Origin: Trichoplax adhaerens
Taxonomy: Eukaryota; Animalia; Placozoa
DNA: 64,000 bases
Assembly (NCBI RefSeq): GCF_000150275.1
Contig: NW_002060945.1
Location: 1,244,199 to 1,308,198, forward strand
Reading direction: 5' to 3'
In this document: positions 1 through 14,916 of the stretch, piece by piece
How positions within the stretch are numbered: position 1 is the first letter of the stretch
Layout: each line of letters begins with the position of its first letter
Position numbers and translations under genes: made by a program
Notes under the pieces: generated by a model
The model's input: only the letters and a program-made list of their open reading frames with translations
Told to the model about the DNA's origin: nothing
Databases searched by the model: none

Positions 1-3000
1 AGAAATTGAGCAATTTTTCAGTGATTAGCTTGAATTTTATTGACTGTAATAAGAATATCAAAATAACAATTGTTTACATTTTATAAATATAATTTTCTAT
101 TTTGTAATCTAGATTACATAATTTTCTATTTTGTGATCTAGATTATATAATTTTCTTAAATTTTTCAGATACAGTATATCATACTTTCACTTTTGTTATT
201 TTCCAAAATTTTTGGCAATTGCTGTAATAGTGAGTATAAAATGGATAAGATTTCAAATTCGCCGTTTCTATCAAGCCAACACTGTTCCGGGTATAAGACC
301 ACAGCGAGATCGTATGTATTACATATTTGTTATCTAGTAACGAAAGAATAGTACCTTGCTCTTCTTGACAATTTCTGCCATTCCTTCTATTATTTTTCTC
401 ACAATCTAGAATTTAGATAAATAAAAGAAAATTTGTGCACTATACTTTCCCAAGTAACTCTCTAAGCTATTATTGATAACATTAGTATTAGAAAATTTGT
501 AAAGAATAGCTTCTTATTTATTAATCATCAATAATTAATGGTAAGCTATACTGCCATAAGTGAGAATTATACCGCGCGGTCTTCACTTTTCATCAGTGTA
601 TCGTGTAAATATTGTATGATGTATTGATTTATTACTAATTGTTCCATCTATAGAATAAAAGATATCCTTTCGTTAGGGCGAATCTTTGATGTAGAAGTTC
701 AATATAGAGTATCAATAAATTTGATACATAATTTTGAAAATGATACCTGCTCAGTAGTTGCTAATCTTGCTATATCAGTCAGAGCTCTTATTGTCAGTAC
801 GGTTGGCAAGTCCGAAATCTAGAAAAATATTAAAGAATTATCATCTTGCAGTTGCAAGCACATAGATTATGAAAAAATTGATGGAGTAAATGTGTAAGTC
901 TGTACTACGGTATTTATAGTATAGACAAACCTTGCGGGTTGCCGTGAAGATAACGGAGAATAGATCGTGATCGATTATACCCTTCATTTAGTTGTAAAGC
1001 GCGATAATTAGACGATAGAGTACAAGTTAATTGTTATGCGCATGATATTGATATACCTGTAATAACATGCTATCCGAACTAGCCAGGCCATATAAAAATT
1101 GTAAAGCACTCTGTCAATTCAAATGCATAAATTCGTATAAAAAATGAGTACAATAATTCTAGTCAGTAAATATTCTTAATATTGTATAAGTTGCTATTTC
1201 TGACATGAAATTCGTTATGAGTATCTAGAAGTGTTATTTTCAGTACAGGAATCACTTTCAGTCCTATTAATATCTGGTAAAAACAAAAACGTAAATTAAT
1301 TTTTTACTACGTAGAAATAATTCGAGTTGCATATTTAAATTTTTAATATACTAATACCTTAACATCATGACGATCATCAAATCCGTGAACTAGCAGCACA
1401 TGTAATATTTCTAGTGCATCTTTCTAGAGTTTAAAAATTTTTCAATTTTCAAAATATTTTGAGCATTATGATCTGATATTTGATAGTAATACCGAATTAA
1501 ACAATTTTTAGTTCTTACACATAAACGCGGTGATTGACTTGCTAAAATCTCGTAAATACGAACGACAGGTATTTTCTTAAGTGCTGCCTATTGCGTGCAA
1601 ATAAAATTGCATATAATCACACAAAAAGATAGCAAAGACTCAATTTAACGTGTTGTTATTTGGCTACATGATCAGTATTAGTCTATATCGAAATCATGAC
1701 ATAGTATACTAAACTTTCAATACAACACATTTTCATTCATTATAAATACTGTAAGTAATAGGATGGATATCTAACCATAACTTCTTCATTGGAATGTTGT
1801 GATAAATTTGCAATGGATGATGATAAAATTTGATTTTTTTCAGTAAGTAGAGAGTGTAAAATCTTCGTAACTTCAATACATATCTATGGATGAAGAAATT
1901 TTATATTACTGTAATTACTAACCCTAAATTAACTGTAACAGATATGATTTGGATGATGCTACCATACATCGATATCGTTTGACTTTAAGAAATCGGACAG
2001 AATTGGAATTAACTATAATCGAATGATATGATAATAAGAAAATTAACTTCTAAACTAAATGTCAATTCAATATCTCAATTCGGGATCCACATACGTTGAT
2101 ACTATTGTCTCGCAATGCGACGTAATATTCTCGATCGTCTATATGTACCCCAGGAATGAAAGTTAAGGGTTTGTTCATACACTGTTTTATGGTACGAGCT
2201 ACACATTGAAGAAATTGCACCTACAATTGATTTATAACAGGAACTGTAATAATTTATAAGTATATTATTACATCTATATAGTGAATGATTGCTATATTTT
2301 ACCGATTTACCATTATGGATAACAGAAATTGATTTATGGATTATTTCGTAACGTAAGAACAATATCTCGACTAAAAATAAAGATCATACGCAAAAATTTT
2401 TACTTACACCGTAATTTTCTTTTCTTAAATATTATATACAATATCATAGAGCCATACATACTTGCATACTCTGCGATAATTTGTAGCGACTTTAGCGCTA
2501 AGCCTTCGTACGGTGAAGAGATTAATTCAATTAAGAGGGATATATCAGCTATTAGAATGACATCAAATATGGTATGAAATTAGGATTTCTTAAATTTCTA
2601 CTGATTGCATTTCTTAAAGCACCAAAAATAATAGTATTACCGATTGATAACGTATTTGGTGTAGGAAGTATTCCTTTCAGTCTCGTAAGTGAGAGTATCA
2701 TTTTAAGCGATTCTAGTCGTATTTCATAGCTACATAGAAATTGTTATCAATCACGATTTTCTTACATTAATATAACATTGCAGAGTATAATATTATAACC
2801 ATTTTATTTCAAGTAATCGATTTTTGAACTTACTCATCATGATAACGTAAATTCTTAAAAGTATTAAAGATGAATTCATCACTATGAAGGGAATTTTTAA
2901 GCGGTCTTAGAATATAAGCATAATAACCTATGATGATAGAGATACATACTTTCAACTGCACAACTTACTAGTCCGCTTGAGAAATTGTCTCTGTTTCATG

Positions 3001-4930
3001 TGTTCTGTTTAATCCATAGTTGATGGGCATCATGATTACATTAGAAATAGTAGAGTTATGTTTGTAGTTGATTTAGTTTTACGGTAAAATTTTAAATTAT
3101 CGGTAGTTTAATTTCGTTATTAATATCATTTATAAGTCTGGCATTCTTACGTATGTAGCATTTAAATCATATTGATATTCATTGTAATACTTTGAATACA
3201 GCATAGTAGTATCAAACTATGACAACTTTTATTAATCAAGCTTACGATATTTCGTATTCTTTTTGAACTGTACGATTATTTACAAAGTTAAGTAGAGTAA
3301 TCGGTAATGAATTAATTGAGATGATAATAGCAATAGGTATTTAGCTTGTTCTTAGTAAATACTGTACATTATTAGGCCAACATGATGAAATAATATTGTT
3401 AAGTAATAAATTATTTAGATATATTACCGTGGACTGGAAGATAGCGAGATAGGTTGTAGAATCTACCAGAATATGAAATATAATAACCATAGTAAGTAGA
3501 ACTCGGCTGAAAGCATTCGTGAATACATATAAATATTGACTATGCTGTGAGATAGAAAATGATAATAAATTAGAGTCAGTTTACCTTGTCTGCATTCGAC
3601 GTTAGTTCGTATAAATTTTTAATCTTTTCATAAAGACAAATTGATTTATGGGTTGTTAAACGATACGGTTATTTTATACAAGAAATGAAATAGATACTAC
3701 TAGAATGAGCAGTTAATATACTAATTAATTAGCAGAGATAGATTATTTTTATAGGTAACTATATGATCATATATCGACAGCATTACAATTTAGGTCTCGT
3801 GTTGCACTGATCGAACTACATATTATTTACTGTACATGAGGAGCAGCAGTGCTAGTAAGTAGAAGAACAGTTTACTCCATCACGTATGCAAAATCGTAAA
3901 GGAAGAGTATACGAGGGCTTTAGTTTCTGTAGAATAATTGATGAACTTATATACTTTCTGGTCTATATAGCCATATTTGCAACTTGCAACACAGAATCTA
4001 TTTACAAGTGATTTAGATGGAGGCTGTAAATTACTATAAATATAGAAAAATAGCAAAACGAAGAGTTCAGTCTCTACTCACTAATGATTAGATTGATAGA
4101 CGTGTACGTAAATAAATGTTGATCAACTTTCTACTTACTGATTTTGTATAGTGGAGATACAAACTAGGCAAGTATGATAGATACATGTATGCGATGCAGT
4201 TACTTAGTCTAATATTAATTCCAGGAGTGTAGTTTACTATTTATACTTTCCAGTTTCATAGGCAAGGAGTTATCGTTTTTCCTTGCCTATCTACTGTCCA
4301 TTGACCCTGATTGGGATTAGATTGAACGTAACCAATGAAGCTTTGTAAATCAGTTATTGTTTTATCTAATATACTTAAAGAAGATGGTAATCTTTAATGC
4401 CTTATTTTCCGATTTTATATACTACATTCATATGGTACATCTAATAGTCGGATCGTATTCTCCTATTATACCGATAAAGAAGTGAATTAAAGCTAAGTAA
4501 TCATTTTCATTATGTTTGTTGTGATGTATAGAAGACAAGAAATGAGAAAAAGGTAATCAATGTTGAAGTTATTGTAGTAAAAAATATGAAATAACGTAGG
4601 AAGACCGCCATTGCTTACTCGGCTAAATAATCTTCAATATTAAAGGGTAGCAAACAGTGCAATGATAATGTGATCGATTTTATCGCTTTCTGCGTATGAT
4701 GAAAATTTCAAAATCAGCATGAAATACTATAATCGAGTATCATAGCTATCATTATAAGTATAGGCTGATAATTTTAGAAAGAGGTCTATTTATATTAATA
4801 AACACGGAGATCAGAAACATCAAAGTCGTATATCCAAATTAAACAGGTAATCTCTATGATTCGTACTAACGGCTAGCAAGGAATCGTTGACGTAGTAGAC
4901 ATCTTCCTTTTTCAAATCATCAACCGCCAT
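1..4930 (-). CDS. Divergent importin-alpha-like ARM-repeat protein, paralog A (3' end at or beyond the window edge)
   Basis: About 20 small exons. Probable start exon 4871-4930 MAVDDLKKEDVYYVNDSLLA; 3585-3623 IKNLYELTSNADK; 2462-2548 DISLLIELISSPYEGLALKSLQIIAEYA; LIPILSDFLKSNDID|ICIEVTKILHSLL; IPVVRIYEILASQSPRLC|KDALEILHVLL; GIIDHDLFSVIF; RALTDIARLATTEQ. Segments are colinear with importin-alpha ARM repeats. 5' exons between 3623 and 4871 are uncertain. Confidence 0.75.
90..156. repeat. 29-bp tandem repeat, ~2.3 copies
   Basis: aattttctattttgt(a/g)atctagatta(c/t)at repeated. Confidence 0.8.
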
Positions 4931-5269
4931 AACTATTTATTGCTCTTCCATAATTATTTACTATATCTATGAAACAATTTCAGGTGTATTCTGGCTTCTT
5001 AGCAAAGTTTCTCCACTATTTGCGCTTACTACTGGGTGCTATAAGTAGATTGGGAAAGACGAAGTTTCGATAGCTTGCTTATACTGTTGTACTTAAAACT
5101 ATTATATTGCATTGTCATATACATGGTGATAGTAGTTGGAGCAAGCGCATTTAAGATGAACTTTTAAATATGTAATTAATTAATTAATTATATATGTATG
5201 TATGAGTCTCGCTGTCGTAGATTTACTATAGCTATGGTCTTTATTTGTTTATGTTTGCAATAAAGTATA

Positions 5270-5830
5270 TATTGACTATTATTATCCGTATATGCAGTAG
5301 AGCATGATCTATAGAACTGTAAAATGGCAAAGTACCGTATAGTATTTTCGGCTTGGGCATTTACAAAATCATTGATTATCTAAACGATCCGTATCTATAT
5401 AGCCTATTGTTACAGCTAATATGAGAAAGTAAATAATACCGAAATTATCCGGATAGCAAAGATATTAAATGCCAATTCGTATGTTAATCAATATTGTCTA
5501 ATGTCCATGTATGCAGTAGTGCATATTATGTAGTAGTAAAATGACGAAGTACAGGACAGTGTTTTGCATTTTTTAATGATCAAATTATTATAATTATTTA
5601 TTGTCTAGTGATCCATATTATGTATACAGCATATACATTGACTATGTAAGTATAGGTGCATGTTCTATAGTAGTAAAATGGCAGAGCATAATACAATATT
5701 TTCCTCGAACATTGTGCAAAATGATCGATTATCTGATGATCCATATCTTTTACATATTGACCATAGAGGCATAAATGCATGTTAGTGCTAAAACGATACA
5801 GTACAAGAGATCAGTCATTTTGCAAAATGC
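5270..5830. repeat. Degenerate tandem repeat, ~4 copies of variable length
   Basis: Recurrent attgact...gcat...gtaaaatg(g/a)c...caaaatg core near 5270, 5491, 5635 and 5754. Confidence 0.6.
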
Positions 5831-7155
5831 CTAAATCATTTAGGCACCCAATATAGTTTCTAGATGTAAATTAATTTATTTGGAAATATTTAATAAATAA
5901 TGCAAATATTCTTCCGGTTAAAACCTTTTAGATGTCGAAAAATGCTCTGAGTAGCCCAGCCGTTATTCGCCATATCTTTCTTCCTCCTAATTATCCCACT
6001 TTTACAATTTATACGATCACGGAATTATACTGATACTTTTATGGGTAAATACTAATTACCAAATTTTGCATTAAATTTGCAATTAATGGTGGAATTTAAA
6101 TATGTACAAATTACAAAAATTTCAGCATATAATTAATGCATAATTACGACAAAGTCATTAATTTTATAAAGAATCACTAGCTGTTTTTCATCTAATAAGG
6201 TAATTTTAAAAACTACAGATAGTAAATAACGCCCTAGCTGGACACATTTTACAAATAGTTTAACATCGTATTAGTTGATAGCGTATGTACTCATGATGCT
6301 GGATTATCTATTGAATGGTCAGACTCCTATAATAGTTCCCTTATTATATCAGCACAGCAGTATATTAATCATAATCGAAATCATTGCTACTGTATCCATT
6401 TTATGGTCTGTCATATACATAATGTACTGTAGTAGTGTGCGGCATCAATAGACAAGCATTTGCCACTAGAAGTTATCGAAAATTAATGATCTTGGAGGAA
6501 TAATTCGAAACTGCCACAAGAATTATCATGATGTTAGTACTTAGCTTAAAAGTAAAGTTATATACTATAAATCGTAAATTAATAGATCTACTTCATTCTA
6601 ACGAAAGTGATTATTAATTGTAAGATTTTGGTAGTAATCTTGTATATTTATATTGTTTTTGCTATTTCACAGTAGCTCAATTATAATAAATTACGGGCTA
6701 ATTGTCACAATTTCGCAAGATATATGATAAAACATTTTTGAAATTTATTATTGCTATGGTCTCATAATTCAATATGAAAATAATAGAGAGCAACTTTCAT
6801 AAAATAAATTGTGATGGAATAAAGTTAAAACCTCTGATTAAGCTTATTTTACAACTAATGCACTACCATATCACATACGGGTACAGTGCAGATGTTATAT
6901 TACAGTACAAGTTAATAAAAATCTGATTCGAAGTAGATTTTAAAATCAAAACTTATGATAAAATTAGTTTGAATACTTTGGATATATACATGTATAATAG
7001 AGTAATAAATTTGATAAGTATCATTAATGTCCCTTAAAATATTATAACAGTTTTCAAAGTTGACAAATTTTAAAATTTCTAGCCTACTTCCACATTTTTA
7101 GGTAGCTATCAGTGATACAGTAGGTACATTATTATTGCAGTAAATATTAATTTTT

Positions 7156-10100
7156 TTACTTTTTCTTACTTTTAAGATTCAATAAACGAACAAGTTGGTT
7201 TGCTGGTTGTAATACCGTTGAATGTTGAGAAAATTCAATACGTATCATTTCGAGTTTGGGTAGTACTAAAATAATAATATAAGCTTATTTATATTTTATA
7301 ATTCAATATTTAACGTACACGTACGTATATAACTGCTAATGCACCCTTCCGTGTTTACTCATTTCGTTATAGATATAGTCATAATCAATTAGAAAAATTT
7401 ACCTTTAGCTTTATTATTTTCGAATAATTCTGGTGATTGCTGTCATCACGATTATAAGAAGAGAAAAATATAAATATTTCTTATTTTCAAAAGTTAATTC
7501 CATAGGGTATACCGTGACAAAACATTCAAGCAGTATCGTATTTATTAATACTTTCGCTTTCCTAACGCAATTTTCTATAACTTTACGATACCTTGCTTTT
7601 TTTGACAAGATCTGCTATTCCTTGTATCGTTGGTCCTAAAATCTATAAAGTTTAATGATTACTATATTTTTATAGTCACTTGTTAGCCGATGCCATACAC
7701 AATTTTTGATACTGTAGTATTGATGTGGAAATTTTGTTCGGGAAGTTTCTTCAATACTACAATTATAATGGACTGAAAAGCTGCGCTATCATAATATCAA
7801 TCATGAATCGTACCTCATATTCTTCGTTTGTCATCAGTGTTTCAAATAAATGCTGTATTACGTAGTGATTTTCAGCTATTTGTTTAATCTGCAAAAGAAA
7901 AGCGATTATTCCCTTAAAATAAATTCTTTATACATGCATTGTGTAAGTAGAGTAAAATAAAAATTTTAGCATAATACCTGTGATGCAGTTGCTGATCTAG
8001 CCGCACAAGCAATCGTCCTTGTTATAAGAATATTGCGGTATTTTGAAATCTGCAATATCAAATATCTATCGTCACAAAGTGTGTAGACCACATAAATATT
8101 AAAAGATGACTGTGTAATATTGATGTACAAACCCTAGGCATTCCACGAAGGAGAACTGAGAACACATCATGATCGATTACACCCTTCATTTGTATATAAT
8201 CATTATATTTAATTAATCTGTTTATTGAAAGATAAGCTGATCAAAGCATACGTCATACGGTGCATACCTGCAATAATCTACTATTCACGCGGATTACATT
8301 AATCAGAAGTTTTAAAGTATTCTGTTAAATATAATTTCACATCAAAATATGTACTGTAAAGGGCAAATAATAATAGTAGCAACATGCCACATATATATTT
8401 TTATTTAGTATTTCTTTGGGTACCGTAATAACATCGAACTCGCAGGTGTTGTTTAGAAGGATTGCTTTCAGTACAGGGATCAGTTTTAACCCTATCAGTA
8501 TCTAATTAATACCAAAAAATGAAATTTTTTCATTATTTAATTTGCTACTTTGGATAATTTTACAACATTAATTGGTAACTGGTGCCTAGAGGTATTTCTC
8601 AGTACATGGGTTAGTTTCAATCCACTATTACCTAATTAAAACAGGAAATTAAATATTAATCATTCAATTTATTGTAAAATAAAACGAACTGAGCCTAATT
8701 TACTCTCCATAAATTTTGAAGCACGGTACCTTTACTTCTTGGTGGTCCTTACGCTGCGACATTAGTACATCTAAAAATCCTAATCCAGCAATCTAAATTT
8801 TATTAAGATGTATATAATTATTTCATATCTTTTCAGATAAAATATTGATCAAATAGCAATAACTGAGAAAATTTTAAAATAAACTTTAAATTGCTACAGA
8901 TCTTTGGAAAAAAGATTTACAAATATTTAGTATCTCTACAGATCAAATATCTAGTAGTACAGTAGTAACGAAAAAAACTTTAAAAACGGACTCAAATTTC
9001 TTACACGTAAATGCGGCGATTGACTTGCTACAATTTCAAATATGCAGATAATAGGCGTTGTGTTAAACGCTTCCTATAAATCATAAAAAAGGAAGGCAAA
9101 TTTTCAATTTCAAGATACTTCACTTTCCTTAAGCAATGAGTATTACTTAATCTTGTGATAGATTGACAGAGAAAGTCAATCTTTCGTATAATATATTATT
9201 TACTTAATCTAAATCTTTAAGTAATATTATGTGTGCCTCACCATAACTTTTCCATCTGAATATCGCGATGCGTTGTCTATTATAGATGATGATAAAATAT
9301 CTCCTTTTTCAATAAATAGCAATCGTAAAACTTGTATAATTTCTCTATAAATCTGTTAGAAGGAAACAAATATAAATGTTATCCTTGTAAATAAGCAATG
9401 AAAGTTTCTTTTACTATACTTATGAGTAAAATATATATATACATAAATACCTTGATATCGTTTGACTGTAAGAGAGTGGATATTATACTAGTCAGCTGTA
9501 ATTGAATGATTCACATCGGTATTAAGGAATGTCGGACAAGTAAAACTTTTATATAATATCTTCATTTATATAGCAGTGTATTGCCGTACGTCAATAATAT
9601 TATCTCGCAATGCAAGACAGTATTCTTGATAATCCACAGAGAAATGATAGTGCAAGCACTTATTTAAGGTATAAATTAAACCCTTAAGAAATAATACCTA
9701 AAGAATGTAAAAGATTTTCAGCGTCATATTAATAACTAAAGTACATGTTTAATGTATACCGTATTATAGGTAATTGCTTAACTTACCGATTTGCCGCTAT
9801 ACATAGCGGAAAGTAGTTTGGGGATAATCCCATAGTTTAGAAATAATATGTCGTCTAAAAATTAGAAATTGCATGACAGCGGTCTATAAATACCGATGCA
9901 TATGTGTATGTCTTGTACTACTTAAGTGTAGAATGTCATAAATGATTTACTTACTTGCATAAGCCGCAATAACCTTCAAAGATTTTAATGCCAGTTCTTC
10001 GATAGGTGATAATATTAGTTTAAACAATAGGGATATATCCGCTAGAGAATGACATACATAACGAATACCTTAAATATCTCAAATTTTTAGCTTAATTTTC

Positions 10101-11475
10101 TGCTAATACGTGTGTTTTGAGCATGGAAACACAAATACTTAAAGAGTATTAACTTGCCCATTGATATGGTCCTTGGATTAGTAGAAATTCCCTTTATATG
10201 GAGAATAATTTCGATCGTTTTAAGCAATACCATTCGTTGCTCATAGCTACAATGAACATAGCCATTAATGTTCAACTATAAATATGTAATTTAGGCTCGA
10301 CATAATGAATAATTAACTTACTCATCATGATGATGTAAATTGCTAAATATTTCAATAATAAGTCTGTCGCTGCAAAGGAAAATATTTAAAAGGTATAAGA
10401 ATTAAACTAAAGCAAAATGGGTCATTAAATTTAGCATGCGTATTTCATTTCGTAAAAGTTTTAATGTCAACAAAATATCCCACCAATTAGCTTGAGAAAT
10501 TGTCTTTCCTCCAGATATTCTTTGTTAAATTGACAAAACAATAAACGTATAAGTAGGATTATGTCGAGTAGTCAATTTTTAGGTTATATAATGATTCTAT
10601 TAATACCTAAAGTGCATATGAATTACCACAACTATAACTATCATATTTATCTGTCCCTTGCAACATTTTAATTCATTCGATAGCATAAATGCTCTTTCCT
10701 GATAATCATATAATTACACATTATGAATGTTGAATTCAATATACCGTAGTAATAAAGTACGATAACTTTAATGGAAAATAATCATTGTCATTCATACAGG
10801 TTATTCGTGCACTTATTGCTAGATCTGTGACAGCTTACTAAAATATTATGAAAATATAACTACCTTACATCAATGTAAGCGTAACCTAAGTCTAGCCACT
10901 AATTATTTTAGCTGATTCTCACTGATTTATGATGTACGATTATATTGATAAGTAAGATATCATGTACGGTGCTCATCAACTTACATATCATTTAAAGAAT
11001 GAACCTGGCTGGAGGGCAGTAACATGGACTGTAGGATCTACGATAATGTATGCAAATAAAATTAATAAGATTAGGCTCCTGTAATGGTCGCTTAAAGCCG
11101 CAAATAAATCGTATTGCATTTGAGTATCATACTTTACCTTAACTATTTTCGATATTGGATTATCTAAGTCATCCATCTATGATACAAAGAAGTGCATTAA
11201 CTAGCAATAAATTGGATGAATTTTGTCGATGAACTCAAAAATAGATGAATGCATCATATAATATTTGAAATAATAATCAGTTCAAGACTGTCAGAGATAA
11301 TGATGCTACACTTAATGAATGGGGTTAAAGTACCGCTGGTAAATGTTAATTTTTAATAGTAATTGGAACAGGAAAGTAGGCGATTACCATTACTTATCGC
11401 CTTGACGTCGATTATGGATAGTAATTTGATCATCAGGAATATCTTTGTTAAGGCCTGGCTCAATGATTAGGCCCT
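7156..11475 (-). CDS. Divergent importin-alpha-like ARM-repeat protein, paralog B (start not resolved)
   Basis: Exon-for-exon match to A: 11138-11176 MDDLDNPISKIVK; 9955-10041 DISLLFKLILSPIEELALKSLKVIAAYA; NYGIIPKLLSAMYSGKS; LTSIISTLLQSNDIK; 8424-8501 ILIGLKLIPVLKAILL; GVIDHDVFSVLL; ILGPTIQGIADLVKKSK; likely last exon VLPKLEMIRIEFSQHSTVLQPANQLVRLLNLKSKKK* with stop at 7156-7158. Confidence 0.75.
8560..8660 (-). pseudogene. Decayed tandem duplicate of paralog B exon 8424-8501
   Basis: GTAATAGTGGATTGAAACTAACCCATGTACTGAGA aligns with ATACTGATAGGGTTAAAACTGATCCCTGTACTGAAA 130 bp away, with the same taattag acceptor, but is 1 nt short and out of frame. Confidence 0.65.
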
Positions 11476-11729
11476 GTGTAATTCATTTTCAAATGGTAAG
11501 GTTACTACTGATTGAAAATTCACGAGGAAAGAGTAGATTCAGAGTTAAAACTGCCCTATATTGGGCAAACTTATGCATTCCATTTTCATTAATAATCAAC
11601 GATCATTTATTTCTAATTACCTGAAGTCTATAAACTTTGGTTTAGAGCATCCGGTTAATCGCAACTTATGATCAATGAATTTATAATTAACAGGCAGATT
11701 TATGCTTGGCTGTCAAGTAAGTATAATTT

Positions 11730-12284
11730 TGTTACGGTGTTATCTTACCGTTAGGATAGTTTAATATGTACAGTAGTAGTAGTAGCTAGTATGGAAGATA
11801 TTCATATTTGTAGTGCTAGGTAAGGTAAGTAATGCCTTAATAAGGATATTATTTGTGGTTGTTTATTACATATTAGATATTGATTGCTATTATGTGTAGA
11901 TAGTAGTAAGATGAATCAAGTTCTAGCTATTGATAGTTGAATTAGATAACATACATGCTTAGATTAAGATTAAGTATGAGTAAGAGATTTAAAATATTTA
12001 CTGATAGAAAAGCGATGTTTCGAATATCTCAGCTCGAGATGCCTCTCCGAGAAAGGTATAATAAAAATACTGTTGTTGTCTACAAATTACCGGTTTCTAT
12101 ATAAATGGGAACGTTTGAGTTGAGTTGGATGGTGAAAAGTTGTAAATATGTCTATGCTAATAAAAGTTCTATCTTTACGGTACTACGCTGAGTCTGTTCA
12201 ACGTTTAGTAAAGAACGTTTAAGTCAGTAGTTACTTAAAGACTTTTACTGTACGTTTCCTTGTCGCAGAGTTGAAATTGTGACA
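11730..12284 (+). mobile_element. Solo LTR, copy 1 (~555 bp)
   Basis: TGTTAC...GTGACA termini, TATATAAA at ~12098 and AATAAA at ~12159, flanks AATTT/GATTT (4 of 5 match), full-length similarity to 50383-50932. Confidence 0.8.
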
Positions 12285-13667
12285 GATTTACTTCAATGAT
12301 AGTAGAGGCGATCAATCTACTTGTGACTATACAACCTCCATTGGCAAAGCCAATCGTAACAGTAACCTGTTTTAGCTGTTAGTAAGCTATTAAGAACTAA
12401 TCATTTTTGGGGTAAAAGTTAGTATAGAAATTATCAAGGTACTGCAATCTACGCACGGATAGTTTGGAATTAAAAAAAATGAGATCAATATTTAGGCCAT
12501 AATTTTATTACAGTGGTCCCTAACGGAAGGTGCTACAATTTCTGCTCCCTTTGGCCTTAGAATATCGAAAGTATAAGCAATACTGTATAGTGCAAACACC
12601 GGTACGCTATGATTTCCATTACAGCAGCTGATTTTAAACTGCAATATAACTGTGATGATGGCGACGTTAACTGTGATATCTTGACAGCAGAAAGCGAACA
12701 TATACGTGTTATTAGTGTATATGTTACGTATATAGTGTATTTAGCTACATAAAATATTGCATCACTCTTATATCAATAACGACAGCAATGATCTTGTAAC
12801 TAAATGAAGAATTTCTTTAAATCGTTGTCTAGTGTATCACCTAGAAATCATCGTAATAAGTCGGTAAGATCGATACTTTTACTTACATTAACTTATCTTG
12901 AGACTTGTGTGAAGCAGATTAACTTTTCTAACTTGTTCAGGCAATAAGTCTTTAACGTTACTTTTTAAGAGTTACAGTATGCCAAACTCACGACCACTAC
13001 GACACTGACCAAATTTTTTGACTCCTTACAGCCTAAATAAGGAATCTGATTACAAGTAAATGAATAAGAACATCGTTTAAAGCTACTCATAAACTTTAGT
13101 AAAGAAGACGAAACGCATTTTGAATCAGATAGACGACGTTATTTCTGTCCTAAGCAGATGCCTACGACATAACTGAGCAGCCTCTTTAAAGGATGGATTT
13201 CCGGTAATATTTTTCTTTTAGTAGCTGCCCTGCCTCTTTATGATAGTTTATATATATATGTTTTGTTCTTTGTTTTACTACTCTAGCTAGTAATTACGAT
13301 GCCTATCGTGTATGGCAATTAATATTAATTACTAGGAATAGAGTACAGTTATTGAGCGGGCGCTATGATCAGCGTACTTGGACTATCTCCGGTATGAAAT
13401 AAGAGAATTCCAATACAAGGTCAAGTGGCTGTTGATATCCTTAAAACTTTTGCATAATCGACTCGATGTTTCATAATTTCGCTAAAAGTAAGGATATATC
13501 GATATATCTATTCATTCTATGCTACTACACTGTATCATTATCAGCAAGGGCTTACTAGGTTAATCTAAAATTCAGTAATTCGCTTTCTATTACGAGTGGT
13601 AATGGGTAAATTGATGACCTTGAGAACTATAATTAGCCTTAAAGTAAAAGTAATTGAAAACTTTACT

Positions 13668-14220
13668 GGTCTTGATTGTTGATGAATTGTGCAGAAGTAG
13701 AATAAAAGAGCTGCAAAGGCTATTGTGTAATATTATCAGTTTAAAAATTATGGCATCAATTATAAAGTAATTCTATCCGGAAGCTATGTCATACGTAATT
13801 AGTCAGCGCTTCAATTAATAAAATAATGATCCAAGATTGGCTAGATAGTGTAATGAGGAACCTTTGCTAGTCTTAATTGTTGATGAATTGTACAGAAATA
13901 AAAATAAAAGTGCTTAGGCTATAGTGTAATGTTGTCAGTTTAAAAATGATATCAATTATAAAGTAGTTTTACTCAGGAAGCTATCTCATACGTAATTATT
14001 CAGAGCCTATGAGTAATAAAATTATGATTTAAAATTGGCTAAATCTCAGAAGTAATGAGCAACCTTTGCTACTGTAGTCTTGATTGTTGATGAGTTGTAC
14101 AGCTACAAAAAATAAAAGAGCTGCAAAGGCTGTAGCATAGTGGTTTCAGTTTAAAAATGATACTATCAATCATAAAGTAGTTTTATGCAGGAAGCTATAT
14201 CGTACGTAATTATTTAGATA
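13668..14220. repeat. ~200-bp tandem repeat, 3 copies
   Basis: gtcttgattgttgatgaattgt...cagtttaaaaat...ggaagctat...tacgtaatta at ~13668, 13869 and 14077. Confidence 0.85.
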
Positions 14221-14916
14221 TTTACTTAATTTGATTAAGTAGTTTTAGTAACACGGAAGATGGTCTGCTGGCCTTAAAAGACTGGTCAATAAGGATTGCA
14301 CCAATTCATGATAGAAAATGTTAGTATTACAGCATAAATGAAGATTGATCTGTTCCCTTTTAGCCTAGAGTTAGGGTACGATTTACCTTGACTACCAAGG
14401 AAAACCGCTGCAATGTATTATCCTTCATGAAGGAATGAAATAAATATTCTGTCAAAACAAACAGTAGAAGGTACGATAGCGCAAAGATAGCGAATATTGA
14501 GAAACCAACAGGAAGTCTAGCATTTAAGTTTATACTTGATCATGACATTAAGCAATATTAGCAAGAAAAGGTTACAAGGTCAGTTAAAACTACGGCTCTA
14601 TTTTAGCCCGCTATCTTCAGTACCACAATCTCCTCGGTATCGTCCTCCTCAATATTAACATCTCTATCGTAATCGCAAGATGATGATAAATCATCGCCTT
14701 GGTGAAAGTTAAAAATTGCCATGTTAAAACCATGAATATCTGTATCCGAAGCTGTCGAGATCATACTTGTTGTCTTGGAGGTCGTAAAATAAATATAATT
14801 GTGTTCGTTAGATTGTGTATCANATTGATTACTTTATTTGCCTTCAAAAGCCATATTGTACAGCCAATTTTTACGAATCTTCTCAGTTTCTTATCTCTGC
14901 ATCGCCTTGCATGCTG

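Noticed and set aside
3825-3880. Signal-peptide-like WSKLFFYLLALLLLMY on the minus strand
   Set aside because: An in-frame TGA precedes it with no start codon; it is probably intronic to paralog A.
9600-9700. Broken GG splice acceptor suggesting paralog B is a pseudogene
   Set aside because: The region reads through as one open exon (VLFLKGLIYTLNKCLHYHFSVDYQEYCLALRDNIID), as does the equivalent region in A; no intron is needed.
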